A stretch of 63,327 nt of DNA, the filler included, from Dimorphilus gyrociliatus (Eukaryota; Animalia; Annelida), in NCBI GenBank assembly GCA_904063045.1. It is 4 parts of 4 records of this genome, joined end to end, with 100 filler letters (N's around TTAATTAATTAA, not from the genome) between each part and the next. Parts side by side here need not be neighbours in the genome. Positions count along the whole stretch, not along the records: positions 14,753 to 28,149 come from CAJFCJ010000245.1; positions 28,250 to 38,700 come from CAJFCJ010000117.1; 2 more parts are not named here. One strand, given 5' to 3'. Made by a program: the position numbers and the translations under genes. The first letter of the stretch is position 1; each line of letters begins with the position of its first letter. Below the pieces are notes generated by a model that ran no database searches, had not been told where the DNA came from, and was given only the letters and a program-made list of their open reading frames with translations. Of this stretch, positions 22,453 through 34,357 are shown one piece after another.

Positions 22453-22815
22453 ATAAATTTTTTTGATTACACAATCGTGTGAGGTTGGTTAAAAATCTAC
22501 TTGAAGTGATAAATAGTAGTCAGATTGTCTCTAAAAGGAAGCTTATCAACTGAATATATCTTTTTATGATATACTTTCTAAATAATAAATCATAAAGATT
22601 TTACTTCCTGAAAAGGAGCTGATGGAAAGTTTAACATTCAGAGAAACACAAAAATACTAAAATTTTTAGCAAAAACAGAAAAAATGAAGACAAAACTAAA
22701 ATTGCCAAAATATTTGTATATTCAATTGTTTTAATCCTATATTCCTGATTCAAAAGCAGCTGTAATCAAAATACAGAAGGTAAATTTTCTTTTTTTGAAA
22801 ACTCTTGTCTTCTAG

Positions 22816-23022
22816 GGATGCGACAGAAAACGTCCACAAATTGTTGCTTTTACCCTAACCCTAACCCAGCCCCTGGCTGTACCTAACCTTTTCCATTATC
22901 CCTAACCCTTAGAGGAGACCCTCTTAAGTACAAATCATTTGCTGTTTTCTTCTTCCTAACCATTTCTCAATCCAAATTTTTGTCTTGAAATTTCTCATTT
23001 GTGGACGTTTTCTGTCGACCCC
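22816..23022. mobile_element. 207-bp MITE, same family, inverted relative to copy 1
   Basis: TIR core gacagaaaacgtccacaaat / atttgtggacgttttctgtc. 9-bp TSD GTCTTCTAG at 22807-15 and 23023-31. Internal accctaaccctaaccc. Confidence 0.88.
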
Positions 23023-23254
23023 GTCTTCTAGATCATATATTCTGATACTGAGAAATATATATGTATAGTAATATATATACAGTATGTATATATAAAGTAA
23101 AGGTCTAAAATACCCGGACACCGTATCTTTTTTTTAATCAAACAAGATATTTCTTTCTATTTTTTAGCAATGAAATATCAGGTGAATGTACAGATACATT
23201 TGTGAGCTATATTCTACAATAGATAAGTAGTAAACAGAACGTTATATACTAACG

Positions 23255-23500
23255 TTCCATTCACATTACATGATATGAGTGAATGTGTGTTAGTGTGCGA
23301 GTGTCAGTGTCTGAGCGTCACTTAAGAAGGGAGTTTGACTTAGCCCAGAGTCGGGACAGTCCAACTTGATGTTATGCCACATCGTTGATAACGACGTGGC
23401 ATGAACGTGGCATGAATGTGGCAATACAGATGAGCACAGTCAAACACCCAATTAAGTGACACTAACAAAGTATAAAAGGGAGTGAATGTAATAGAACGGT
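23255..23500. repeat. Nested inverted-repeat element (MITE-like)
   Basis: gtcacttaagaagggagtttgact (23317-40) pairs with agtcaaacacccaattaagtgac (23438-60). Inner hairpin atgccacatcgtt-gat-aacgacgtggcat (23374-402). Confidence 0.55.
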
Positions 23501-24367
23501 GTGAGAGACCAAAAGAATATCAAATAAAATTTATACGAAATTCTTAGGAATTTCGTGCTATAAGCGAAAAACAAAATCTTATAAAAGTAGTATTCAACAA
23601 GTATTTTACTGTGCAGATAGCACTGATAGAGATAAGCAGTGTTGATCTATTCACCTAGTTTCGCGTAGGGCAGTGCATATACAATGCGCGGCAATAAAAT
23701 CTATTAAATTATATACAGAATGTTGCTATTTGCAATCTAGCATTAATATCACAATTTATTAATCTATAAATTTATGAATCTCAACTAAAAGCAGTTCAAT
23801 TAAATATCAATTATACTTTAATTCTAAGTTTAGATTTTATTCCCTAGATTACTGATGTTGGTAAATTGTCAAATGATTGGAAAGGATGGTTACTGTTATG
23901 ACAAACCAGAAATTCCTACAATTACAATACAACAAAGTACAATGAAACTTGAATCTAGATATAAATTTCTATCAAATAGTATTTAGATAAGTTTTTACAT
24001 CATGTTTTTTGTTTTTTTATTGTTATTTTTTGACAAGTTTTCTTCTCATTTGTCCAAAAGTCATATTATTTCAGACAATGGTTTGGGGACCAATATTTTT
24101 ATTATTTTCGAACTTGATGACCTTCTCAATGCACTTGCTTATCCTATCATATATTAAGATTTTTTTTTTTAAAAAGAGAAAGTTGAGTGAAAGAAAGAAT
24201 AAATTATATAAATTGTTGCTATACTTTCAAGAAATTGTAATTATTCCACTCTAGTTCAACATTCAAAATTTTTACTTTTTAGACTACGCTGCAGATGTTA
24301 TATGGGAATAAGCAATGATTTTAATCAAAATATGCATACTCATGCTTTTGTTCATGTATTTAGAAAC

Positions 24368-25494
24368 TCAATCAGTCCCATTAACACTAATATCACATAT
24401 TGATACCTTTGTTAATGGATTTAGTTCTCTCTTGTTTTGTATCAGCCATTTAAGATAAATCATTTTACAAATTGATTGGCCACAATTACATTCATACAAG
24501 CAGGTGTCACTACTTTTTAAAATATTACACATAAGAAACTTACCACTCCATAAATCGTTAGCATTGAAATATTGATTATAAGCTTTAACATAAACCATTA
24601 GAAATGGTCTCAACAAGGAAGTTTCACTACAATCAAAATTATTTCCTCGTATTTCTACAAAAACTGCTGTAGTTTTTGGCTGAAAAATTTGATATAAAAA
24701 TTTCTGCTCAAAAGTTGTTGATGTAAGATTTGAGCAAGTTGAATATCTCTCTGGAATTGTTAAACCTCCAAGTTCACAAATACTATCAATCATCTTATAA
24801 GATTCCTTTCCTAAATGTGTATTTTGCTCTGGAATTACTATTGATAAAATTGTAATTGGTGAGCTGAATAAACATAAACTGATACTTACAAGGTGACATA
24901 AAAACTGAAGCAGTCTTATCATTAAAATTGGATCCAGGATAGAAAAAATTAAACATATTAGAGAGTGAACCCTCCTGAATAGAATGTTGGTACTGGTAAC
25001 TTCTACATACTGAACTTTGTAGAAAACTGCTAACAATCCAGACATAAATTCCTATTACATACCAAAGATTCAACATTTTTACAACTATTTCAAACTGTTA
25101 CAAATTCTTTCTCTTACCTTCAACTTGAACATAAGTATGATGATTTCTGTATGTGCAATTCTGATATTTTCTTATAATAGTCTCCTTTTCACCAGAATTA
25201 CCAATGGAGTTTTCATATAGATTAATCTTTCCTTTAAATGAAATATGTAACCTTCTTTAGAATTATTCTAGAAAATATGGGTTATAAAAAAGATAAACCT
25301 CCAGGAAGATAACAAGGAATGTATCTTGAACTGTTAAAACAGCAATTTAATTGTAGACATTCACTTAAGTCAATGCCATTCCATCCACATTCAATTGTCT
25401 CATCAATAGGATGAGTACAAACTTTACAAACCATAGAAGGAAAAAGCTGTAAAGAAACATAAAGAAATAACAAAAATGCTCTGTAATTCTTCAT
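24368..25494 (-). CDS. Secreted trefoil (P-type) domain protein with C-terminal Cys-rich domain; exon joining uncertain, possibly frameshifted
   Basis: Signal peptide, then CTHPIDETIECGWNGIDLSECLQLNCCFNSSRYIPCY (trefoil six-Cys pattern). The C-terminal CLYECNC...ICDISV resembles the end of the PAN gene. Confidence 0.6.
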
Positions 25495-26329
25495 ATGCAG
25501 ATAGACTTTATTTTTCCATAAAAATAAATAACATGAATATAATCTGCCCTATTTAAAACATTTCTTTTTAGAACTATAGGTCAGATAATTACAATACAAT
25601 ATAAATATTTTATCTGTACATTATTGAATATATAACTGACTTAATGGTTTCTTTTGTCATAAGAGTAAACTCTTAACATATTTGCTACCTTTGTTATTAG
25701 AAATTTTATGTAAATCCATTGAACACAACTTTAATTTTTTATCATAGTTTGAATAGTAATTGTTCAATGTTTATATAAGAAAAAATTATTGTTAAAAGAG
25801 AGTGGGAGGGAAACAATTTTTTAAAATTAAATATCAACCAATCAGCACAAGCTGATTTTCTAGTTTAATGCTAAAACTATTGCGCTTAAATTGAAATTCT
25901 AAGTACCATCCGAAAAAAGGATATTTGAAAAGCTATGATATTTTAAAACAAGATCTTCACCTTCATTCGCTCATTGCTCTTCTTAAAATAACACGGAAGA
26001 AAGCCTTAGTACATTTGGTTTCCTCTTTAACAGCTGCGTGTATTTGCTTTCGAAGCTCAGTTTGTTAAAGGGTTGTGCTAATAACGCGAATATCCTAGCT
26101 TTAACCCCCAAAGGGTGCAATTATTTTCTACCTTTTGTTTTTAAGTCAAGATTCGGTAGCACAAAACTATAAAATAGAATATAATTCAAATTTTAAATCT
26201 CTGTTAAGAAACGAGATGACCATCATTTTACATCTAGTTTAAGGATGGGACAAAATGGCCTAGTACGCAAAAGTTGAAGGTAAAATTATGAACATTTTTT
26301 ATTCTATTTTTTAGGAAGTGTTGAAAGAT

Positions 26330-28149
26330 GGGTGACAGGTGAAACCGTACCCATTGAGGGTGAAATCGTACCCAGGTGAAATCGTACCCATTGGTGGTGA
26401 ATCTCTTGCTGTGACCAAGTAAAACTGTTATTGTTGATTCATATAGAAATGAAAAAAATATGATAATGTATGTATTGAAGAGGTATTATACTATATGTTA
26501 ACTAAAGAAAAGAATAGATAATAGCAACTATGGAGTATAAATATAAGATGTCTGGATTAATAATTCATCAGCTAATATCCTTCCAAGCTTAAAATCATCC
26601 CAGATTTCAAATATTTTCTTCTCTATATCACCATATTTTTTTCTCTGATATTTGATAATCTTCTTCTCAGAGAGAAGTTTTTCATAAATACAAACCAAAT
26701 CAGCCTCTCTTTTCAATTCATCAATCAACAAATAGAATGATCCTTTTGATTGTACTTTATTATTCATTCTATTGTGCCATCCTTCCATACTATTATTAGT
26801 CCTTATTGATAATCCAAATATTGACCAATTCAATGGTTTCCAAGTAGAATTCAAAATCCAAGTATTTTCATAATATTCCAGCAAGTCTGAAAATTTTCTC
26901 TTTTCTTCCAGCTGACTCTTCAAGCTAAAAAATGTTGAATGTTCCATCTATAAACCAATGATTTGATTTACCAAGTAAATCAAGCTGATGATTTGTGGCA
27001 AAAATCAAGATTCTATTATTGTTTTCATAAATGTCATCTTTTAAGAAATCATCAGGAATGAAATTCTTATTTAAATCAAAGTCCACTTCTTTTGGTTCAT
27101 TAGGCCTAAGTTTCTGTCTGGTAAAATTTGCAACTCTTTTCAAATAGTCAATATTTGGCAGAGAGTCAGTTTGTTCTTGGTGTTTCAACAGAACTGTTTC
27201 TGCTAATCTTCTTCCACTTGAATGTGTGTCAGTTAGGCACATATCCCTTAAATCTTTCCTGATTGATATATTGGATGATAAACTTTGATTGGCTCCATGA
27301 ATGTGTTTTTTGCTTCCCTTTATAAATGAATTTCCTTGTTGGTGAATTCTTGCAGGACATCTCTGCTTTTTAGTTCTTTTACTGCACACCCAAATGCTAC
27401 TTTTAGAAGTTTTAGCCTTGAGTGTGAATGAAAATCCATTGTGTATCAGAATGTCCTTTCCCAGTTGACTTCCACCACTAATTATTTTAAAATCATTATC
27501 CATAACTTCTTGGAAAGTGTCAACAGCATTGACTGATGATATTTCATCATTATTTGTATTTGAATCTCTAAGATCATCACCTTTTCTGTTATCTGTTGTC
27601 TCTTCATCAATCTTTTCATCTTCATTCTCATCCAAAGCAACTCTTTCTTTCATTCCTTGATCTTCTAATCTTGTCATTTGAAGAAGACACTGTCTTTTTT
27701 CACAATCCAGACAAACTGACAGCCTGGAATCTGAAAGGAAGTAATTGTATATTTACAATTGACCAGATGAATTACAAAATTCTTACTGGTGATACATTTT
27801 TCATGAAGAAGCTCATTACATAGCAAACAGAATTTTCTCTTCTGTCTTCCATAAACTATAAGTTTGCAATTTTTGCACTTGATTGCCATATTTCAAAATG
27901 TGCAGATTTGAAATGTTTAATTTATTATTTGAAAAGCAGCAGAAAACTTTAAAACAAATATTTATAATACTATTTCAAGATTCTCTTATCAAGTAATCAA
28001 CAAACAAATTCCAAATGGCTGACCTGAAAAAAACTGGTACTTGTATATCACATATTTGTTAAAACAAATAAATTAATTATTTCATTTTTTGATTTTCTCA
28101 TGTTGACAGTTAAAATTTCATCCAGGTACGATTTCACCCTCAATGGGTA
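26330..28149 (-). mobile_element. Mutator-like (MULE) DNA transposon, internally deleted; right end cut by a gap
   Basis: Left TIR with tacccattgagggtgaaatcgtacc subrepeats (from 26330). Its reverse complement ggtacgatttcaccctcaatgggta lies at 28125-28149. Confidence 0.85.
26528..27889 (-). pseudogene. PHD-like + FLYWCH + MULE transposase, catalytic core deleted and frameshifted
   Basis: CKNC...CLLCNELLHEKC (PHD-like); LIHNGFSF...WVCSKR...CPARI...HIH (FLYWCH). WFIDGTF jumps directly, with a frame change, to YYENTW...RTNNSMEGWHNRMN, so the DFE/CxxH region is missing. Confidence 0.85.
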
Positions 28150-28249
28150 NNNNNNNNNNNNNNNNNNNNNNNNNNNNNNNNNNNNNNNNNNNNTTAATTA
28201 ATTAANNNNNNNNNNNNNNNNNNNNNNNNNNNNNNNNNNNNNNNNNNNN
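28150..28249. other. Assembly spacer (N44-TTAATTAATTAA-N44)
   Basis: Same artificial linker. Confidence 0.97.
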
Positions 28250-28559
28250 AATTCTAATAAACCTCCTCTACTCATTGTTTCCTGGTCTGTAACTGCAACT
28301 TTATAGACATTTTCTGCAGAATTTTTCATTACCCCTAACTATAAATCAATAAATGATTTTTTCCTCCTAACCGTTTCTCAACTCAAATATCCTACTTAGG
28401 GCCGTTTTCTTTTGATCCCCCTTTTTTTTACAATACTATAAATTTAGGCTGCTATCAAGTAATTATACTACTGTCACTATGAACTCATAATTATGAGTAG
28501 TCTTGTATTGTTCTATTGTTCTACAAAGAATTTAAAACAGACAATTTATATTAGAAATA

Positions 28560-29097
28560 TTAAAAAAAGCATCGCCTACCTTTTGAAATCTGCAAAAATA
28601 TTTTGCATCATTTGAGCATTCCAAACATGACCATTCGAGGTATTGAAACAAAATTTAATTGCAGACCAGCCACGGTGCGTCATACAAAAAATAAATTTAA
28701 AGAATTTGGAACAATACAACCAAACCTACATAGGTCTGGTAGACCACGCAAAACAATGAGGAAGATGGCTCACAAAAATTTGTAGATCAAACCTAAAATG
28801 GACAGCCAGGGAAGTTCTAGAAAATTCTGCAGTTCCTATTGAGATATCACGATAAAATGTGAAAAAAATTCTTTGCCATTACGAATTAAAAGGGAGAATT
28901 GCTTAAAGAAGCCGGCTCTAAATAGGAAGCAAGTTAAAAAAAGACCATTGTTTTGCAATCATAAGCTCAAACGGAGTTCAAGTATCTGGAGAAAAGTGAT
29001 ATTTAGCAAGAGAGAAAAATTGAACTTTATCCTCGTTGAAGGGAATATGTTAGGAGGTCAGCAGTACAGGAAATGATCCAAAATATACAACTAAAGC
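28560..29097 (+). pseudogene. Tc1-family transposase remnant, N-terminal part
   Basis: HTH-like ...KFKEFGTI...HRSGRPRKT; KKPALNRKQVKKRPLFC...WRKVIFS (degenerate W..V.FSDE); DPKYTTK. Confidence 0.8.
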
Positions 29098-30165
29098 ATT
29101 AATCCACTTGGTCCACAAATTGGAATAAGTTTATTTACATATATTAAAGATTATTGCAGAGAATTAGAAGCGGTATTTCTGAGAAATTGCGAGTTAGATT
29201 ATTTGTAATATTCTTGATGAAGCAATTGGAAAATTATCTAAACTTGTATATCTAAGCTTAGAGGATAATCCACTTGAATATTCAGTTGGTAAATGTCTAT
29301 TTGAAAATATTGATGGCAACTGTAAATATATCAGACTTCTATATTTAAACAACTGAAAATTCGATTTGAATATAGGCGATATTCTTGGTGTAGCTGTTGG
29401 CAAACAATTCGAACTTACCTATTTGAATTTAGATAATAATCCACTAGGATCGTCGATTGGCCAATGTCTAGTTAAAACTATTAGAAATAACTATAGAGAG
29501 TTAAAGAAGATCAATTTGGCGAATTGTAACCTCGACTCGCATACTGAAAATGTTTTAGACGATGCAAATTGGGCAATAGAATCGTCTAATTTCAATAGAT
29601 TTTCAAAGAAATCCACTAGGTTCAGAGGTTTAGGCTTTGGGAATAAACTATTTCGAAATATTATGGATAAATGTTCAGAACTGGAAGAAATTTACCTGAA
29701 CGACTGCAAATTTTGTGATACTGTTGGCCTTGTTTCTCGAGAAGTGTTCGCAGGAAAAATGAATCTATCAGTATTAAATTTACAAAATAACAATTTCGGT
29801 TCAACGCTTGGATAATACATTTTCAATGATATTAAAAACAATTGTAATCGAATTATTGAAATAAATTTAGAAAATTGAGGACTAGACGAGAAAACTGGTA
29901 AAGTTATTGGCAAAACAGATGGGAAACAAACTATAAATTCAAAGATATTGACATTATCAAAAAATCATCTTGGTTCTGAAGTTGGAAATGATTTATTTAA
30001 AAATATTATTGAAAACTGTTCAAATCTAACAGAGAGAGAGATAAGATTAAATGATTGTAATTTTGATTTAAATATTGATAATCTTGGTGAAGCAATTGGA
30101 AAACAATCTAAACTTGTTTGTTTAGATTTAGGAAAAAATCCATTCGAATCAGATGTTGGGCAAAC
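29098..30165 (+). pseudogene. RI-like LRR coding fragment lying inside the Tc1 remnant
   Basis: NPLGPQIG..., LNLDNNPLGSSIGQCL, LNLQNNNFGSTLG, LSKNHLGSEVG, LDLGKNPFESDVGQ. Several frameshifts. Confidence 0.85.
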
Positions 30166-30310
30166 AGTTCATCTTCCAACTGGAAGACAATGCGGGTTAC
30201 CACACTGCAAAAGTTACTAAAATGGCCGTATGGGATGAATGGCATCAATCCAATTGATTTGCCGGCAAAGAGTGCTGATGTCATTAAGAGCATGCGCGAA
30301 TGTAGGTCAA
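30166..30310 (+). pseudogene. Tc1-family transposase remnant, catalytic (second D) region
   Basis: FIFQLEDNAGYHTAKVTK matches the Tc1 FIFQQDNAPxHTAKxTK pattern. In the next frame, GINPIDLPAKSAD resembles GI.VL.WPAQSPD. Confidence 0.65.
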
Positions 30311-30699
30311 TACTACTTCTCTTTATCAATTCAAATCAGCATAGTGCAATGCTAACTCAACACTATCTAGATAAGTTTTGTAAGTGTATTTTTTCTGCTT
30401 TCAGCTGCATATCAATCTCCTATCAGAAGAAATAATGCTACACTAGGTTCATTAAAAATGTGATCCTTTCAAAATATCCTTTGCTCAGATTGTAATCTGA
30501 TAAGAGGATAATCTTATAATCTGCCATTTATCTTCGGTGCAAATTGTCTTTCTTTTTTTCCTAGACCTACGCCATTTATATTTTAATATACAAAAATGAT
30601 TCCAATAGTTTACAGTGTCCGTTTTTATAAATTCCCATTACCTATAATTTTTTAACCACGATTACACATCATCAGACTCTAGACGATAAACTTGTAAGA

Positions 30700-31962
30700 A
30701 TGACTGGCGAATTTTCTAGGTTAGAATATCTCTGTTTAGAACAAATAGTTAATTCGCTCCAACTACAAAGCAAAATTTGTCAACACATGAAAATACGAAT
30801 ACCTGCAATGATAACAAGTTCTATTCTAAACTATACAATAAAGAACTGTTCATTTGTTTTGTTCGAAGAAGATTTGGAATTATTCTCATTCAGAAATTCA
30901 CAATTATTCCAATTTAGTTTGAAATTTGATGACGAAATTAATTTATATTCGTTTTCGTTTCTGCAAAATCATCATCTAAGGAAATTAACGTTAATTGAAG
31001 TTGAAAGCTATGCAGAAATACTGGAAACCATTAACTGCGAATTTTTAGAGGAATTGGAAATTGAATTGGAAATGAAAGATTTTCCAGTCTCTATTCAACT
31101 GCAATGTATGAAAAGAATATCTGCAATAAAAAATTTAAAGAAATTAACACTGAAAAAGGTCTATATTTGTAGACAATCTGGTAATATTCTATTAAATATG
31201 TTAAAAAGGCAGAGAAATTTGAAAAATATCAATTTGAATTGTTTATTCATTGATAAGCATTTTGAAGATTTACTAAAAATATTAAATCAATTCAAACATC
31301 TTGAATCTATCAATTTAAAATCTCCTATCTTCTTAAATATACCAAATAGATTAATTCATCCGATTGTCGGTAATAATAAACAATTGAAGAGTCTAACCCT
31401 TCATTACTTTCCTAAATTTTATGAACATTTGGTTGAAAATCTATTGGAGACTTTAATGGAAAATGATATTCAATTGAGAAAGATTAATATTAAATTCAGT
31501 TCTGAAAATTCAATCAATTCTTCATTTGCAAATTTTCTTAATAGACAGAAATCTTTGGAAAATCTTTATTTAAACTTCGACCATTTTAATGGTATGGAAA
31601 ATTTTTTTAAATCTATATCTTCGATAACACATTTGAAAAGATTGACGTTTCAATGTGATGAATTGAATGAAAATGCTATTCAATTTATTAATTTACAAAC
31701 TAAATTAGAAAAATTGGCATTACTTTTCAATTATGAAAATTATTTACAACCTAGAACTATAAATTCAAGTTATTTCAAAATGATAAGAGACGCCTCTATA
31801 AGAAATATTTTAAAAATTCAAAATTGCGATATAAACTCAACAACATCCCGCAATTTGTCATTGCTGCTTGAAAAACAGAAAGACTTGGAATGTTTAAAAT
31901 TAAATGATGACGTATATACTAATCTTGATTGGTTTTTTCTATTGCACAGGTGCGACATATAA
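30700..31962 (+). CDS. 420-aa LRR protein with N-terminal BC-box/cullin-box-like motif (ZYG11/PRAME-like architecture)
   Basis: LEYLCLEQI fits LxxxCxxxI. IPAMITSSILNY is cullin-box-like. LRR strands LRKLTL, LKKLTL, LESINL, LKSLTL, LENLYL, LKRLTF follow. Confidence 0.7.
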   Translation: MTGEFSRLEYLCLEQIVNSLQLQSKICQHMKIRIPAMITSSILNYTIKNCSFVLFEEDLELFSFRNSQLFQFSLKFDDEINLYSFSFLQNHHLRKLTLIEVESYAEILETINCEFLEELEIELEMKDFPVSIQLQCMKRISAIKNLKKLTLKKVYICRQSGNILLNMLKRQRNLKNINLNCLFIDKHFEDLLKILNQFKHLESINLKSPIFLNIPNRLIHPIVGNNKQLKSLTLHYFPKFYEHLVENLLETLMENDIQLRKINIKFSSENSINSSFANFLNRQKSLENLYLNFDHFNGMENFFKSISSITHLKRLTFQCDELNENAIQFINLQTKLEKLALLFNYENYLQPRTINSSYFKMIRDASIRNILKIQNCDINSTTSRNLSLLLEKQKDLECLKLNDDVYTNLDWFFLLHRCDI

Positions 31963-33012
31963 ACAAGTTAAGTATATTTAGAGGCGGGTTGAAGCCAAAA
32001 CCTAAATTGGAGCTTAGCTAACAATAAATCCAATCAAATTTTCAAAACAAATCCTTTCCTAAAATGTTTTCAAAGTTGGAAATATTTGCTAAAAGATAAT
32101 TCGCACCCGACACCTTTAAGCATGTTCATGTTCAATTATACTGTATATTCACTTTGGACGCTTATATCTGTTCTCATTCAAGATAAAATAAAAAATATGA
32201 TTAAAATGATGATTACTCAATGAATCACACTAACTTTAACCTTAACCTTAACATTAACCATAACACTAAACTAACAGAATCACAGTTACTTTATTTAACA
32301 AGACAACTACCAAAGAAATATTGAAAGCTGCATTTCGCAAATTAGCATCATCATTATATTAATACATGATTTTGTCTCAACTTCTCAGCCCTATCACCTA
32401 ACCTTTAGGAAAATAACCCTGCCTAACCAGAGTACACAGTTTCGGGAGTCGACCTTAACCCAATCTACAATATTAATCCCCTTCAGCGGTCCCATCTTAA
32501 CCCTAACCCTGCCATTGACAAATCACCTTGACAAACTCTAACAATCTTTTTGAATTTAATGCGATATGATTATAATTGTCTTGTCAAGCGAAATCGGAGA
32601 CTTTTTGACAACACCCCATTTTAACATTCTCAAATATAATAAATAGTAAATATGACCTAGTTAAGTTTGAATATTCAAATAAACAACACACTGCAACGAT
32701 ATGTAATGAAAGAAGGCAAAGAGATACTAATGCTATAGACATTTCTGTAAGAACGTTTAGTTAGTAGATAAAGTTGCAAAGGATTGTTTTGTTAATTTTA
32801 TAATAAATATTGCAGTTTTGCAGTTTTTATTTAAAAAAAAATAACACAGTTATTATTACAGATGTTTTAAACCAACTATTATACCTAAGTATTAATGTGA
32901 AAGATATCTTATTGTAAGAAATATTTACATTTTCAATTACATAAATCATATTCTTCTTAAAGAAAAGATACACCTTTGGTTTTTCTCTTTTCTGTTCAAA
33001 TCACTTTATAAA

Positions 33013-34318
33013 ATGATAGACGGTAGAGTGTTGAGTATATTTTATAGTCTATTGGAAATTATTTCGGCCTATGAACAATGTACTTTCGGTAAAAATCCAG
33101 ATTATGGTCTATATTTAGATGATGGAAAACTTTTTCAATATTCAATAAAACCTTTAATTGAGAATAATTTTTCAATTTACGGCAAAATCTATATAAATTC
33201 GAAATCGAATAATGAATCGCTATATTTAGCTTTTGGTAGTGGAATTAATCAAAGATATCATAAGAAATTATGCCAATTATTAGGATACGATAATATTCAT
33301 TTTATCGCTCAAGTTTGTAATCCTGAAAAAGGTATAATTGGAAAAATATTTTTTTTAAATATTCAGAATTCCAAATGTTTTAATGATTTAAAGATATCTT
33401 ATCCCTGATTCCCGTGTTTATTAATGAGAGATATATATTGTAATTATTAAAAGAGAAAGTTGCTAAACATGACAAGCAAAATGTGGATGATGAGTCATTT
33501 TATCAATTTTCAATTTTCATTCTTGTCCACTATATACTATATTCAAATTTTTCACTAATTAATTAATTCTTTAACAGGAAATCTATAACCGGAAATGTTG
33601 GACAAGGAAAACTCGGTTCATTCTGTTTAAAATGCTATAAAACAACCTCACCTTGTAAGAGAATTCAAACATTTTTGAATATTTATTTTGAATAATTTTT
33701 GAACATTTTTTCCTTTTCAAACAATTCAAAAGTCTCTTTTGCAAATTTAAACTCTGATAAAAGTATCTATCAGCTTTATATTAGATATAAGAAACAAACT
33801 TTTCAATATATTCAAAATGGCAACTTGAACAGTCAACAATGCAATAGAATTCAATTTTATAAAAATACAACCAAGTTAAAAAATATTGAATCCAATAGAT
33901 ATTTCATTAGAAATGTTTATAATAAATATGTAATGAAAACTGGTAGAAATAGAACAAATTTTACATATATTTTTTGTTCTAAAAAGAATTTGGAAGGTTT
34001 TTTTATGAAAAAATTTGTTTTTGGCGTTTTTTCTGTCTTTCTTTCTTTTTTAAAAAATAGATTTTTCAATTGAAAAAATGGAAAATTTCTATAAAAGATT
34101 CTTATTTAATAAAACATTTACAAATTGGTTTTCTTTGTTAATTGTATCAAAAACTTTTGGCAATATTCCAGTAGTATTCAATCAACATGATAAAATTCAA
34201 GCTGCTTCTGTAACTTGTCAATTTAGTGAACAGACACCACTTCCAACTGATAGTTTAGTTATGACTGTCAATGATAAAGATAAAGTATAAATATATTTCA
34301 TATAGGCCTACTTTATAC

Positions 34319-34357
<39 letters not shown>

